A DNA stretch of 64,000 bases from assembly GCA_044356725.1 (NCBI GenBank), contig JBIKVS010000004.1:28494-92493 (forward strand). Direction: 5' to 3'. This document shows positions 38,564 through 48,341 of the stretch, one piece after another. The number at the start of each line of letters is the position of its first letter. Positions within the stretch are counted from its first letter, which is position 1. The DNA comes from Minisyncoccia bacterium (GTDB lineage: Bacteria > Patescibacteriota > Minisyncoccia > SW-4-49-11). A program made the translations under genes and the position numbers. The notes beneath the pieces were generated by a model. The model saw only the letters and a list, made by a program, of their open reading frames with translations. It was not told the DNA's origin and did not search any database.

Positions 38564-39205
38564 TTATTGATTGCTAATAATCTTACGGAAACGAATGTAT
38601 TCAGAAATTCTAAGTCCTTCATATCTACCAAGGAATATAATTCCGGCAAATACCACTAAAATTATCCATGGATTATAGAATACTAAATCTCGAAGTTGGG
38701 TGGTGGTCATTATGAGATTTCCAATTGAGGATAATACTAAAGTTTCTACGGATAAAATTACAGCTGTACGATAACCTTTTTCCATCTGAGCATTGATAAA
38801 CTTCTCTACTAAGGTGATAATTATCAAAATTTGGTAAATCGAGGCTTGGACGAATATGGTGCTATCTGAGAATATACCCCAAATAAGACTAAAGAACATA
38901 GATAATGCTGTAATAGATAAGATTAAGGCCATCTTAGGTAAATATAATATTCTAATTTTCCTCAATAAAAATCTCACTACAGAAGCTACTACAAGGGAGA
39001 CAACAAAAATACTAACTCCATACTTAAAACCAATTTCAGTCAAAGCAAAAGTTATAATTAGTGGAGTATAAATACCAAAAGCTTTAATTCCAACCACTTG
39101 TCTAGCAGCCACAATAAAACCAGCCATAATTGGAAACATTAACAAAATGTCTATGGTTTCCCGTGGCACATCATTTCTTAGTAGGTAATCAAAGAATATA
39201 TCCAT
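38564..39205 (-). CDS. Multi-pass membrane protein, possibly the 7TM module that accompanies RimK-like/QEGLA systems. It has no transglutaminase domain.
   Basis: 213 aa with about six or seven hydrophobic helices. It lies immediately downstream of, and is co-oriented with, the ATP-grasp-peptidase fusion (4-bp gap). Confidence 0.45.
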   Translation of the reverse strand: MDIFFDYLLRNDVPRETIDILLMFPIMAGFIVAARQVVGIKAFGIYTPLIITFALTEIGFKYGVSIFVVSLVVASVVRFLLRKIRILYLPKMALILSITALSMFFSLIWGIFSDSTIFVQASIYQILIIITLVEKFINAQMEKGYRTAVILSVETLVLSSIGNLIMTTTQLRDLVFYNPWIILVVFAGIIFLGRYEGLRISEYIRFRKIISNQ

Positions 39206-39270
39206 ATAAGTATTAAAAACTAATTGAGATTATTGTATTATTTTGCTATAGTATAACATAATAATATATT

Positions 39271-40668
39271 TTGACTAGTAGCAAATTTATGGACAGATCA
39301 GTATACGATAATTATAGCTTACATAAGGGAAAATTTCAAACTAAACCTGGATTAACTCGAGAAGTAATTGTAGAAATATCTAAACAAAAAAACGAGCCTA
39401 CTTGGATGTTGGAGAAGAGACTAAAAGCTTTTGAATTATATCAAAAAACTCTTTTACCAAATTGGGGACCTAGTTTAGATGGTCTGGATTTGGATAAAAT
39501 TATTTATTTTAGCCGTCCAGATGCGGTGGAGTCTAAGACTTGGGAGGATGTGCCACAGGATATTCGGGATACTTTTGACAAATTAGGTATTCCAGAGGCT
39601 GAAAAACAGGCTCTAGGAGGTGTTGGAGCTCAATATGACTCAGATATGGTGTATCATAATTTAAAGCAGGACCTCAAGGACAAAGGAGTGATTTTTGAGA
39701 ATATGGATACGGCTTTGCAGGAATATCCAGATTTAGTGAAGAAATATTTTATGACTCAATGTATTCCTATCAATGACCATAAATTTATTATGCTGCATGC
39801 CTCGGTTTGGAGTGGAGGGACTTTTATTTATGTGCCAAAAGGAGTGAAAGTAGAGCTGCCGCTACAGGCTTACTTTAGAATGAATATGGAGGCGGGAGGA
39901 CAGTTTGAGCATACTTTAATAATTGCGGATGAGGGTTCAGAGCTGACATATATTGAAGGTTGTTCCGCCCCTAGATGGAATGCTTCAGCCTTGCATGCAG
40001 GTGGAGTTGAGATTTTTGTCCATCGAGGGGCTCAAGTTAAGTATATTAGTATAGAGAATTGGAGTAAAAATACCTATAATCTAAATACCAAAAGAGCTCT
40101 AGTAGATGCTTATGGTACAATTGAATGGTTAAATGGTAATATGGGTAGTGGTGTTACTATGTTATATCCTTGTAGTATATTAAGGGGAGAATATGCTCGC
40201 TCAGATAGCCTCGGGATAGCCTTTGCTGGCGAGGGTCAAGAGCAAGATACTGGCTCTAAGGTTATTCATGTAGCTCCAAACACAAAATCTACCATTAGCG
40301 CGAAGAGTATTTCTCAAGATAATGGAATATCTTCATATAGGGGGCTTGTTAAAATTTTACCCAAAGCAGTGGGGAGTGAATCTCATATTGTCTGCGATGC
40401 TCTTCTTATGAATGATGGAGCCAAGTCCGATACCTATCCTGTGATGCAGGTGGAAACTAGCGATGCTCAAATTGGACATGAGGCTAGAGTGGGAAAAGTC
40501 GGGGAGGAAGAAGTTTTTTATTTAATGAGTAGGGGGATGACCGAGTCAGAGGCTCGTAAAATGATAGTTAATGGTTTTATAGAACCAGTTGTAAAGGCTT
40601 TGCCTCTGGAATATGCAATTGAACTTAATCGTTTAATCGAAATTGAAATTACTGATTCAGCTACTTAA
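39271..40668 (+). CDS. sufB: Fe-S cluster assembly protein SufB.
   Basis: GGTFIYVPKGVKVELPLQAYFRMN…; 465 aa. Confidence 0.9.
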   Translation: MTSSKFMDRSVYDNYSLHKGKFQTKPGLTREVIVEISKQKNEPTWMLEKRLKAFELYQKTLLPNWGPSLDGLDLDKIIYFSRPDAVESKTWEDVPQDIRDTFDKLGIPEAEKQALGGVGAQYDSDMVYHNLKQDLKDKGVIFENMDTALQEYPDLVKKYFMTQCIPINDHKFIMLHASVWSGGTFIYVPKGVKVELPLQAYFRMNMEAGGQFEHTLIIADEGSELTYIEGCSAPRWNASALHAGGVEIFVHRGAQVKYISIENWSKNTYNLNTKRALVDAYGTIEWLNGNMGSGVTMLYPCSILRGEYARSDSLGIAFAGEGQEQDTGSKVIHVAPNTKSTISAKSISQDNGISSYRGLVKILPKAVGSESHIVCDALLMNDGAKSDTYPVMQVETSDAQIGHEARVGKVGEEEVFYLMSRGMTESEARKMIVNGFIEPVVKALPLEYAIELNRLIEIEITDSAT

Positions 40669-40671
40669 AAT

Positions 40672-41328
40672 ATGTCAATTTATACTACTACCACCCCCGC
40701 AGATGAAAAATATCTGGTTATAAAATCTAGAAACAAAGCAGTTTTAGATATTCTCGATTTATCACCCAATACAATTATCCATATTGCCGAACAGGCTCAA
40801 TTAGAATTAAGTATAGTAGCCGGAGAGTATAATCATAATCTTAATATTATTTTGACCAAAGGAGCTAAACTGAATATTATGGAGAAAGAAAACTGGAGTG
40901 GGAATTTACATTGGACTATAGATTTAATAGAACCATACTCAGAGGTCAAATATATAACCCGTCTGGAGGTAGAAAAAAATTCTAATAATTTTATTAAAAT
41001 CAATCATCAAGCTGCTTATACTCAATCTAAAGTCGATTCGAGATATTGTGTTATTAGTCAAAACAAAATTCAACAACATACTATTATAGATATACCCAAA
41101 AATATTAAATATTGCCAAGCTAGTCAATCGGCGGAAATTTTGTTATTAACTGACCGACCGCAAATCAAAATTATACCCGAGCTCAGAGTAGCCACTGATA
41201 ATAGTAATGCCAGTCACGGAGTGTCTATACATTCAATTCGAGAGACAGATATATTTTATCTAATGGCTCGAGGCATCAGCCAGGCAAAAGCAATCAAAAT
41301 TCTCAAAAAAGGCTTTTTGGAAGGGTAG
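40672..41328 (+). CDS. sufD: Short SufD-like Fe-S assembly protein.
   Basis: C-terminal HGVSIHSIRETDIFYLMARGISQAKAIKIL matches the SufBD fold. It lies directly downstream of sufB. Confidence 0.7.
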   Translation: MSIYTTTTPADEKYLVIKSRNKAVLDILDLSPNTIIHIAEQAQLELSIVAGEYNHNLNIILTKGAKLNIMEKENWSGNLHWTIDLIEPYSEVKYITRLEVEKNSNNFIKINHQAAYTQSKVDSRYCVISQNKIQQHTIIDIPKNIKYCQASQSAEILLLTDRPQIKIIPELRVATDNSNASHGVSIHSIRETDIFYLMARGISQAKAIKILKKGFLEG

Positions 41329-41353
41329 AGAGTTTGTGGTATGATTAGAGTAT

Positions 41354-41914
41354 ATGAGTAATATAATTATAATTCATGGTACTGGTGGGAGCCCTAATCT
41401 TAATTGGTTTCCATGGCTTAAGTCTGAACTTGAAAGTTCAGACTATAAGGTTTTTATCCCCACTTTTCCTACTCCAGAAAATCAAAATATAAATAATTGG
41501 CTTAAGGTATTTGAAGAGTATAGGAAGTATTTAGATAATGAATCTATAGTGATTGGACACAGCTTAGGAGTAGCTTTTCTAATGAATATTATTGAAAGTA
41601 TAGACTTTGAAATTAAATCAGCTTTTTTTGTAGCTGGGTTTTCTAGTCTTTTAGATAATTCTGAATTTGATATACTGAATCACACATTTGTAAATAAGAG
41701 TTTTAATTGGTCTAAAATAAAGAAAAACTGTAAAAATTTTTATGTTATTAATTCAGACAATGATCCATATGTAGATCTTGAAAAAGGATATTTTATTGCA
41801 AAAAAGTTAGATACTAAAATAATTATATTAGAGAAAGCCGGACATATTAATCAAGACTCAGGATATAAAGAGTTCCCGTTTTTGCTGAATTTAATAAAAA
41901 ATGATTTGTTATAG
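41354..41914 (+). CDS. Small alpha/beta serine hydrolase (YdeN/RBBP9-like).
   Basis: IIIIHGTGGSPNLNWF … IGHSLGVAFLM nucleophile elbow. Confidence 0.6.
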   Translation: MSNIIIIHGTGGSPNLNWFPWLKSELESSDYKVFIPTFPTPENQNINNWLKVFEEYRKYLDNESIVIGHSLGVAFLMNIIESIDFEIKSAFFVAGFSSLLDNSEFDILNHTFVNKSFNWSKIKKNCKNFYVINSDNDPYVDLEKGYFIAKKLDTKIIILEKAGHINQDSGYKEFPFLLNLIKNDLL

Positions 41915-41916
41915 TT

Positions 41917-42315
41917 ATGAATAAAAGAGTTTCAGCAATAATTATTAAAAATAATCAAATTTTACTAATACATAGAATTAAAAATGATATAGAGTATTTT
42001 GTTTTGCCAGGTGGAACAGTTGAAGTGGGGGAGGGTAATGAAATAGCTTTGATAAGAGAGATAAAAGAAGAGACAAACTTAGATATTGTAAATTATAAAT
42101 TATTATCTCAGGTCAGGGAAGAGTCGAAATTATGGTATATTTATAGAATTGATGAGTATTTTGGTAAAATTAGGCTTGGGTATCCAGAAATAGGAAGACA
42201 AAATAAACAAAATCAATATATTTTGGAATGGTATAATATCGAAGATTTAGTAAATATAAACATTATACCCAATAAGATAAAATTAGAAATTATAGATAAA
42301 TTAACTTTAAAATAA
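41917..42315 (+). CDS. NUDIX hydrolase.
   Basis: Nudix box GGTVEVGEGNEIALIREIKEETNL. Confidence 0.8.
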   Translation: MNKRVSAIIIKNNQILLIHRIKNDIEYFVLPGGTVEVGEGNEIALIREIKEETNLDIVNYKLLSQVREESKLWYIYRIDEYFGKIRLGYPEIGRQNKQNQYILEWYNIEDLVNINIIPNKIKLEIIDKLTLK

Positions 42316-42403
42316 GCTTTTGCCCCTCCTCAAAGCTGGCTTTTTGGAGGGGTAGGGGGAGTGTGGTATACTCAATAAGTAATCAATTTAAATAAATTAT
42401 ACT

Positions 42404-42730
42404 ATGGATACTTTAGATAAAATGCAACAAGAAGTGGTGGAAATATTTAGAAAATATGATGCTCAAGGTACAAAAACATGGACTTATGAGGTGGCTTCTC
42501 ATGATTTACAATATCAGGTGGGGAATTTGTCTAAATGTATCTTACAATTGCAAAACTATAGATATAGAGAAGGCTTAGATGAATCTCAGATTAAAGATAA
42601 ATTATCTGATGAATTAGCAGATATTATGGCAGAAGTCTTATTTATAGCTCATGAATTAGATATTAATTTACATTCTGCTTGGGCAAATATGTTAGCTAGT
42701 GATCAGAAAAAAATTAGTGATAGGTCTTAG
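42404..42730 (+). CDS. MazG-like nucleotide pyrophosphohydrolase (small single-domain form).
   Basis: LSDELADIMAEVLFIAHELDINL resembles the MazG/HisE-like EEXX(E/D) helical motif. Confidence 0.45.
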   Translation: MDTLDKMQQEVVEIFRKYDAQGTKTWTYEVASHDLQYQVGNLSKCILQLQNYRYREGLDESQIKDKLSDELADIMAEVLFIAHELDINLHSAWANMLASDQKKISDRS

Positions 42731-42762
42731 ATAAAAAATCACCCCGCTCAGTGCGAGGTGGG

Positions 42763-43035
42763 TTAAAGATATTGTCTGATTTCTCGCCATTCTTTCAGTA
42801 GAATAGTCGGTGGGTTTAGAGGTTCTCCATATTCATCACAGGGTAGTATAAAATAACAAGTTTCACTACCAATTAATTCTCCCTGTGGCCCATATATTTT
42901 AGTTTCAGTAAAGTTTTGGTAGAACTTCCAATGAGAATCGATATTTATAGTCTGATAAGGAAGATTGACTATATTTATTGTTTCAAAAATAGCGAATAGT
43001 TGCGGCCAAATTTCAAGAAATTGTTGATAGTTCAA
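42763..43035 (-). CDS. Hypothetical protein.
   Basis: 90-aa ORF only. Confidence 0.3.
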   Translation of the reverse strand: MNYQQFLEIWPQLFAIFETINIVNLPYQTINIDSHWKFYQNFTETKIYGPQGELIGSETCYFILPCDEYGEPLNPPTILLKEWREIRQYL

Positions 43036-43091
43036 AAATTATCCTCAAATGGATATAGATCATAACATAAAAATACTTTATTAGCAAGGTT

Positions 43092-44342
43092 TTATTGAGT
43101 TTTTAATCCTAATACTCTTTGTGCTGCAATTTGAAAGTGACTTCTATTAAATTCTTCAGCTTGAGGATCTCCTGGATGATGATATTCTCTTGCCAAAAAA
43201 CCAACTTTATCTGGATCAACAGCATTTTTACTGGTTGAATAACTTTCTGAAGCTCGAGACATTTCACTAGCTTGAGTTTTTATTTGTATTTTATGCATTT
43301 GTAGAACATTTGATAAATTGATACCTTGAGTCTTTAATTCTGGATCAATATCATTCAAATTGACATCTTTATTTACTCTGATTATATCTCCTAAAATTTT
43401 ACTTCTAGGATTTACTAAAGAATTCTCACCATAATTTACTATATGCTCTAATAAAACTGTTTGATAATCTGCTATCAGCTTAGATAAAGCTAATTGTATT
43501 TCTTGATAACTTATAGAATCTCTTAGTTCTGGTCTTATGGTGATTGCAATTGTATCAGCTTTATGTCTAGTATCTCCAATCGAAAATTTAGGAATATCTA
43601 TAGTAGCTATTACTCCTGGAACTTCTACTAATTCCTCAGTAACTATTCTTTCTGATTCTGAACCTTTTGAATCATCTTGGAAAGTTGTCTTTTGTCCATC
43701 TGTTAAAAATCTTTGATTTCCTGTACTTGTTAATTTTGATATTTCTATAAAACCTTCAAATTCAGGATTTTTAGTATCTGGAATTGTTAAGTGTTCTAGA
43801 AAATCTATTTCTAATGGCTTTCCTTCAGCATTTCCAAATCCATACTTTTGATCTATTTTAGTTTCAGCTATGATTTCTAGTAGTTTGCTATAATATGCAG
43901 ACATAATACTCTCAATATCAGACTTAGCAAGATGTATTTCAGTCATTTCTACAGATTTTAAAAGTTCTTTATAAATTCGGTATCTTTCTAATAAAAATTC
44001 AACAGAATCACTTTCTATTTCTAAACTACCCTCTGTATTATATGAATTTAATTCTTTGTAAACCTCATAATTTTTAATAGATGTTTGAATATTCTCCAAT
44101 GTCCTTCTGTAATCATTTAATTGTCTTTGAACTCTCGGATTAGTTGTTTTTGTATTTTCAGAAATAAGGACTTCTAATGCAGTAGATTCATGTTGCTTTT
44201 TAGTAATTAAAGTTGTAAGTTCGGTATCTAAATCTAAATTTTCTTCATTAGGATCGGTAGAGTATATTAAACTTAAAAACTCTTCACTACTATACTCTGA
44301 TAAATCTTTTGGTTTCTCTCGTGTTTCAACTAAAGTTTCCAT
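43092..44342 (-). CDS. Hypothetical protein (416 aa, acidic, predicted helical).
   Basis: Long ORF with a clean start. No motifs recognised. Confidence 0.45.
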   Translation of the reverse strand: METLVETREKPKDLSEYSSEEFLSLIYSTDPNEENLDLDTELTTLITKKQHESTALEVLISENTKTTNPRVQRQLNDYRRTLENIQTSIKNYEVYKELNSYNTEGSLEIESDSVEFLLERYRIYKELLKSVEMTEIHLAKSDIESIMSAYYSKLLEIIAETKIDQKYGFGNAEGKPLEIDFLEHLTIPDTKNPEFEGFIEISKLTSTGNQRFLTDGQKTTFQDDSKGSESERIVTEELVEVPGVIATIDIPKFSIGDTRHKADTIAITIRPELRDSISYQEIQLALSKLIADYQTVLLEHIVNYGENSLVNPRSKILGDIIRVNKDVNLNDIDPELKTQGINLSNVLQMHKIQIKTQASEMSRASESYSTSKNAVDPDKVGFLAREYHHPGDPQAEEFNRSHFQIAAQRVLGLKTQ

Positions 44343-44397
44343 TTAATTTTATATTTACTATACACTTATTATAGCATATTTAGTATAATAAGTCTAT

Positions 44398-45603
44398 ATG
44401 GATAATATTTTACAAACAATTAGGTCAGATTTTGAAATTTTGAACTCTAAGATCACATATCTTGATTCTGGGGCTTCTAGTCTTACTCCAAAGCCAGTAT
44501 TGGAGGCTATGAATGAGTATTATAATGAGTATAGGGCTAATATTCATCGTGGTAGTTATCGTCTCTCAGAAAGGGCTACTACTGAATATGAGAATGCAAG
44601 ACAAAAAATCTCAGACTTTCTTGGGGCCAATAGACCAGAGGAAATTATCTTTACTCGAGGAGCTACAGATGGGCTTAATATGTTGGCTGAGATGTTGGCT
44701 TCTCGCCTTAAAGAGGGGCAAAATATGATAATCCCGGTCACAGAACATCATAGTAATATGCTACCTTGGAGGGAATTAGCTCATAAATGTAATCTGGAAA
44801 TCAAATATATTTATCTTAAAGACGGGGTATTAGATGAAGAAGCTTTAATCAATACTATAGATGATAATACGGCTATTGTGGTAATTGGACATATTTCTAA
44901 TGTTCTTGGAACTATTCACAATGTCAAAGCTATTGCAGATAAAGCTCATACAAAAGGGGCTCTGTGCATAGTAGATGGAGCTCAGGCAGTGGCTCATATT
45001 CCTGTATCTGTAAAGGATTTAGGGGTGGATGCTTATGCTTTTTCTGGACATAAATTATATGGACCAACTGGAGTCGGAGTTTTATGGGTGAATTATGAAC
45101 TTTTAGAGAGCTTGACACCTACTCGCACTGGTGGGGATATGGTAGATTATGTAAATTTAGAAACCATAGAGTATGCTCCTATCCCACAACGATTTGAAGC
45201 GGGTACTCCACCGATTGCGGAGGCTATTGGTCTTGCCCGAGCAATTGATTGGGTTCAAAATGTAGGCTGGGATTATATTCAGCAACATGAACAAGATTTG
45301 GTAAAGTATATCTGGGAGCAAGTTTTTCTGCGGCCTTGGCTAAAAGTGTTAGGTGGAGGACCAGAGCAGACGAGAATTGCTTGTTTTTCTTTTATAATAG
45401 ATAATATTCATACTCATGATATAGCTTATTTATTGGCTAAAGAAAATATTTGCGTGCGTTCAGGACAACATTGTGCTAGTGGAATTGCTCAAGTTTTAGG
45501 TATTGCTGGTAGTACTAGAGCAACTTTTGGGGTTTATAATAGTAAGGAGGAAGTAGATATTCTAATGCAGGCTTTAGACCAAATTTATACTAAATTTCAA
45601 TAG
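44398..45603 (+). CDS. sufS: Cysteine desulfurase SufS (class V aminotransferase).
   Basis: PLP-lysine region FSGHKLYGPTGVGVLWV and active-site RSGQHCA. Confidence 0.9.
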   Translation: MDNILQTIRSDFEILNSKITYLDSGASSLTPKPVLEAMNEYYNEYRANIHRGSYRLSERATTEYENARQKISDFLGANRPEEIIFTRGATDGLNMLAEMLASRLKEGQNMIIPVTEHHSNMLPWRELAHKCNLEIKYIYLKDGVLDEEALINTIDDNTAIVVIGHISNVLGTIHNVKAIADKAHTKGALCIVDGAQAVAHIPVSVKDLGVDAYAFSGHKLYGPTGVGVLWVNYELLESLTPTRTGGDMVDYVNLETIEYAPIPQRFEAGTPPIAEAIGLARAIDWVQNVGWDYIQQHEQDLVKYIWEQVFLRPWLKVLGGGPEQTRIACFSFIIDNIHTHDIAYLLAKENICVRSGQHCASGIAQVLGIAGSTRATFGVYNSKEEVDILMQALDQIYTKFQ

Positions 45604-45605
45604 TT

Positions 45606-45965
45606 ATGGATGATATTTACCGAGAATATATTTTAGATTTATACCGCAATCCTCTTAATAAAGGGGTTTTAGATACTCCAACTCATAAATTACATGGTCA
45701 CAATGCGAATTGTGGAGATGATATCTGGATTTATATTATTCTTAAAAATGGAATAATCCAAGATATTGCTTTTGATGGAGTTGGATGTGCTTTATGCATT
45801 GCTGGGGCTTCAGTGACAACTGAAAAACTTAAAGGACTAACTTTAAAAGAATTGCAGCAAATTTCAATTGAGCAGTTATATGAATGGTTAGGTCTAGAGA
45901 TAGAGTTAACTCGAGTTAAGTGTGTGTCCTTAGCTTTACGAACAGTTCAAGAAGTGGTAGAATAA
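45606..45965 (+). CDS. sufU: SufU/IscU-like sulfur-acceptor scaffold.
   Basis: YRNPLNKGVL…CGDDIW…GVGCALCIAGASVT (conserved Cys ligands). Confidence 0.8.
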   Translation: MDDIYREYILDLYRNPLNKGVLDTPTHKLHGHNANCGDDIWIYIILKNGIIQDIAFDGVGCALCIAGASVTTEKLKGLTLKELQQISIEQLYEWLGLEIELTRVKCVSLALRTVQEVVE

Positions 45966-45987
45966 TACAAATTTGGAGTTAATATTT

Positions 45988-46695
45988 ATGCTAAAATTAC
46001 AAAACATCAGTATTAAAAAAGATGAAAAGATTATCATCAAAGATTTATCTTTTGAGGTCAAAAAAGATGAGATCCATTACCTGATGGGGCCTAATGGGAG
46101 CGGGAAAAGCACTTTGGCTTTAGCTATAATGGGTTATCCCGAATATGAAATTAGTGGCAATATTATCTGGGAAGGACAAGATATTGCTAACATCTCACCA
46201 GATAAAAGAGCAAAATTAGGTCTATTTTTGTCTATGCAATATCCACCAGCTATTAAGGGAGTTACTATTTTGAGCTTACTGAAAAATGCTTATCAGGCTA
46301 TATATGGACAAGTGAATGTGTTAGAGTTTAGAAAAAAAGTATTAGACGAGGCTCAGAAATTAGGTTTAGGGGCTGAGATTTTATCTAGATATGTGAATGA
46401 CGGATTCTCAGGCGGGGAGAGAAAGAGATTGGAATTATTACAGCTTATAATCTTAAAGCCTAAGCTGGCAATTTTGGATGAACCTGATTCAGGGTTAGAT
46501 ATTGATGCTATTAAGATAATGTCATCTGAATTAGAAAAATTATCCAAGGAGGGTATGACTTTTTTGATTATTACTCATTTAGGTAATCTGTCAGCTAGTC
46601 CAGATAAGGTTACAGTTATCAAAAATGGAGTAATAGTAGCAGAAGGAGATAAAAACATACTATCTAGATTACAAAAGAAAGGATTTAATGATTAA
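45988..46695 (+). CDS. sufC: Fe-S assembly ATPase SufC.
   Basis: MLKLQNISIKKDEKIIIKDLSFEVKKDEIHYLMGPNGSGKSTLA, LSGGERKR and ILDEPDSGLD. The start is taken at MLKL, with a GGAG ribosome-binding site 8 nt upstream. Confidence 0.9.
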   Translation: MLKLQNISIKKDEKIIIKDLSFEVKKDEIHYLMGPNGSGKSTLALAIMGYPEYEISGNIIWEGQDIANISPDKRAKLGLFLSMQYPPAIKGVTILSLLKNAYQAIYGQVNVLEFRKKVLDEAQKLGLGAEILSRYVNDGFSGGERKRLELLQLIILKPKLAILDEPDSGLDIDAIKIMSSELEKLSKEGMTFLIITHLGNLSASPDKVTVIKNGVIVAEGDKNILSRLQKKGFND

Positions 46696-46704
46696 AATAA
46701 AGCA

Positions 46705-46992
46705 ATGATTACAAAAAATGAAGTAATAGCAGTTTGCCAAACTATTCAAGACCCAGAAGTTCATCTAGACATTTATACTTTAGGCTTAATTTATAATATT
46801 GAAGTTACAGCTGAGAATGAAATTAATATATTGATGACCTATACTACACCGCTATGTCCTTTTGGAGGTAAAATGCAAGAAGAGTTGCGGACAGCTTTAT
46901 CTGTATTGAATCCAAAATCTATTAATATAGAATTAACCTTTAATCCTACTTGGAAAGTTAGTGATGAATTAAGAGAGGCTTTAGGGATATAA
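46705..46992 (+). CDS. sufT: SufT-like DUF59 (MIP18-family) Fe-S assembly protein.
   Basis: VIAVCQTIQDPEVHLDIYTLGLIYNIEV…TTPLCPFGG. Confidence 0.7.
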   Translation: MITKNEVIAVCQTIQDPEVHLDIYTLGLIYNIEVTAENEINILMTYTTPLCPFGGKMQEELRTALSVLNPKSINIELTFNPTWKVSDELREALGI

Positions 46993-47054
46993 TTTGATTT
47001 GACAAAATTATTAGTAGTGATATAATTTTTATATAATTATAAATTAACATCAAT

Positions 47055-47831
47055 ATGAATAAATTATCTAAAATTGTATTAGTCTCTAGTCTCTCAGTTT
47101 TATTATCGGTCGTAGTTATTAGTGGAGTTGTCATAGCTCAAGAACCAAATACTGAACCTATGAAAGATGATATGTCTCCAATGACTACAGAAGCTCCACA
47201 AACAAAGGAAAGACCCATTAGAGTCAACTCTAATGTACAAAATAGAAATGTTGAAAGACAAACTAAACAGTCTGAAAGTTCAAATGTATCTACTCAAAAC
47301 ATTGAAAAAAGACAATCAAATATAATTACGAATCAAGAACAAAGAGCTACAAGAATTCAAGAGCGATGTGAAAGTTTTGGAATCAGAATTGTTAATCATC
47401 AGAATATATTTAGAGTCAAATCTCAAGGTAGAATTACTAAATATAATCAAATTACAAACAGATTAGAAACAGTTTCAACTAAATTAGCTGAAAAAGGAGT
47501 TGATATTGCAACTTATGACTCGTATTTAGTGGAGTTAAACTCTAAAATCAATTCTCTTAATATATTAAACCAAGACTATATACAATTATTTGGATCTAAA
47601 GCTAATACAGGTGAATTTTGTAATAATAAAGAGCAATTATCAACCGAAGTAGATACCAGAAAAGCAAAATTACAATTAGTAATAGATAAAGATAAGGAAA
47701 TCAGAATGTATATTAAAGATATAATCATCCCATACCTAAGAAGTATCAAACCTCAAACACAGACAACAGTTCCAAGTACTGTGGAGGCTCCAGTTACTTC
47801 ACCTACAAACTCTAATCAAGTCTTAGAATAA
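47055..47831 (+). CDS. Hypothetical secreted protein with a signal peptide; coiled-coil-like.
   Basis: N-terminal MNKLSKIVLVSSLSVLLSVVVISGVVIAQE. Confidence 0.45.
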   Translation: MNKLSKIVLVSSLSVLLSVVVISGVVIAQEPNTEPMKDDMSPMTTEAPQTKERPIRVNSNVQNRNVERQTKQSESSNVSTQNIEKRQSNIITNQEQRATRIQERCESFGIRIVNHQNIFRVKSQGRITKYNQITNRLETVSTKLAEKGVDIATYDSYLVELNSKINSLNILNQDYIQLFGSKANTGEFCNNKEQLSTEVDTRKAKLQLVIDKDKEIRMYIKDIIIPYLRSIKPQTQTTVPSTVEAPVTSPTNSNQVLE

Positions 47832-47850
47832 TAATCAATAAAATACTAAT

Positions 47851-48276
47851 ATGGATAATCAAGAATTAAATAGCAATGCCAAATTAACTTCTTTCACTCC
47901 TGAGGAAGCTACACCGATTAATAACAGTAACTCTAATATTGAAACTAAAGTCAATAATGACTCCGATAATATCTTAAAAAAAGAAGTAGTGACTAGACCG
48001 GTATTATGGGGATTAGTTGTGTTCTTAGTATTTTTCTCCCTAGTAATTGGAGCTGTCAGTATATATAGAATGTATCAGCCAGAGGATCTAGTTGAGGAAG
48101 TAAATGTTGAGCCTACTAATACAATTACCCCATCTATCACCCCCGATAATACTTTAGAGACAACTCCAGTAACTGAAGATACTAGTTTAGAAGCAGACTT
48201 AATAGAATCAGAAATACAGTCTATAGACCAAGATTTAGAAGAGGATATTTATTCTGATGAAGCTTTAGGATTATAG
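47851..48276 (+). CDS. Hypothetical single-pass membrane protein.
   Basis: TM segment VLWGLVVFLVFFSLVIGAVSIY; acidic C-terminal tail. Confidence 0.4.
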   Translation: MDNQELNSNAKLTSFTPEEATPINNSNSNIETKVNNDSDNILKKEVVTRPVLWGLVVFLVFFSLVIGAVSIYRMYQPEDLVEEVNVEPTNTITPSITPDNTLETTPVTEDTSLEADLIESEIQSIDQDLEEDIYSDEALGL

Positions 48277-48341
48277 TATATATTTGACAGTAATTTGTAT
48301 CTAGAGTAGTTTATTAATGTATAGTTTAGAATAAAATCAGG

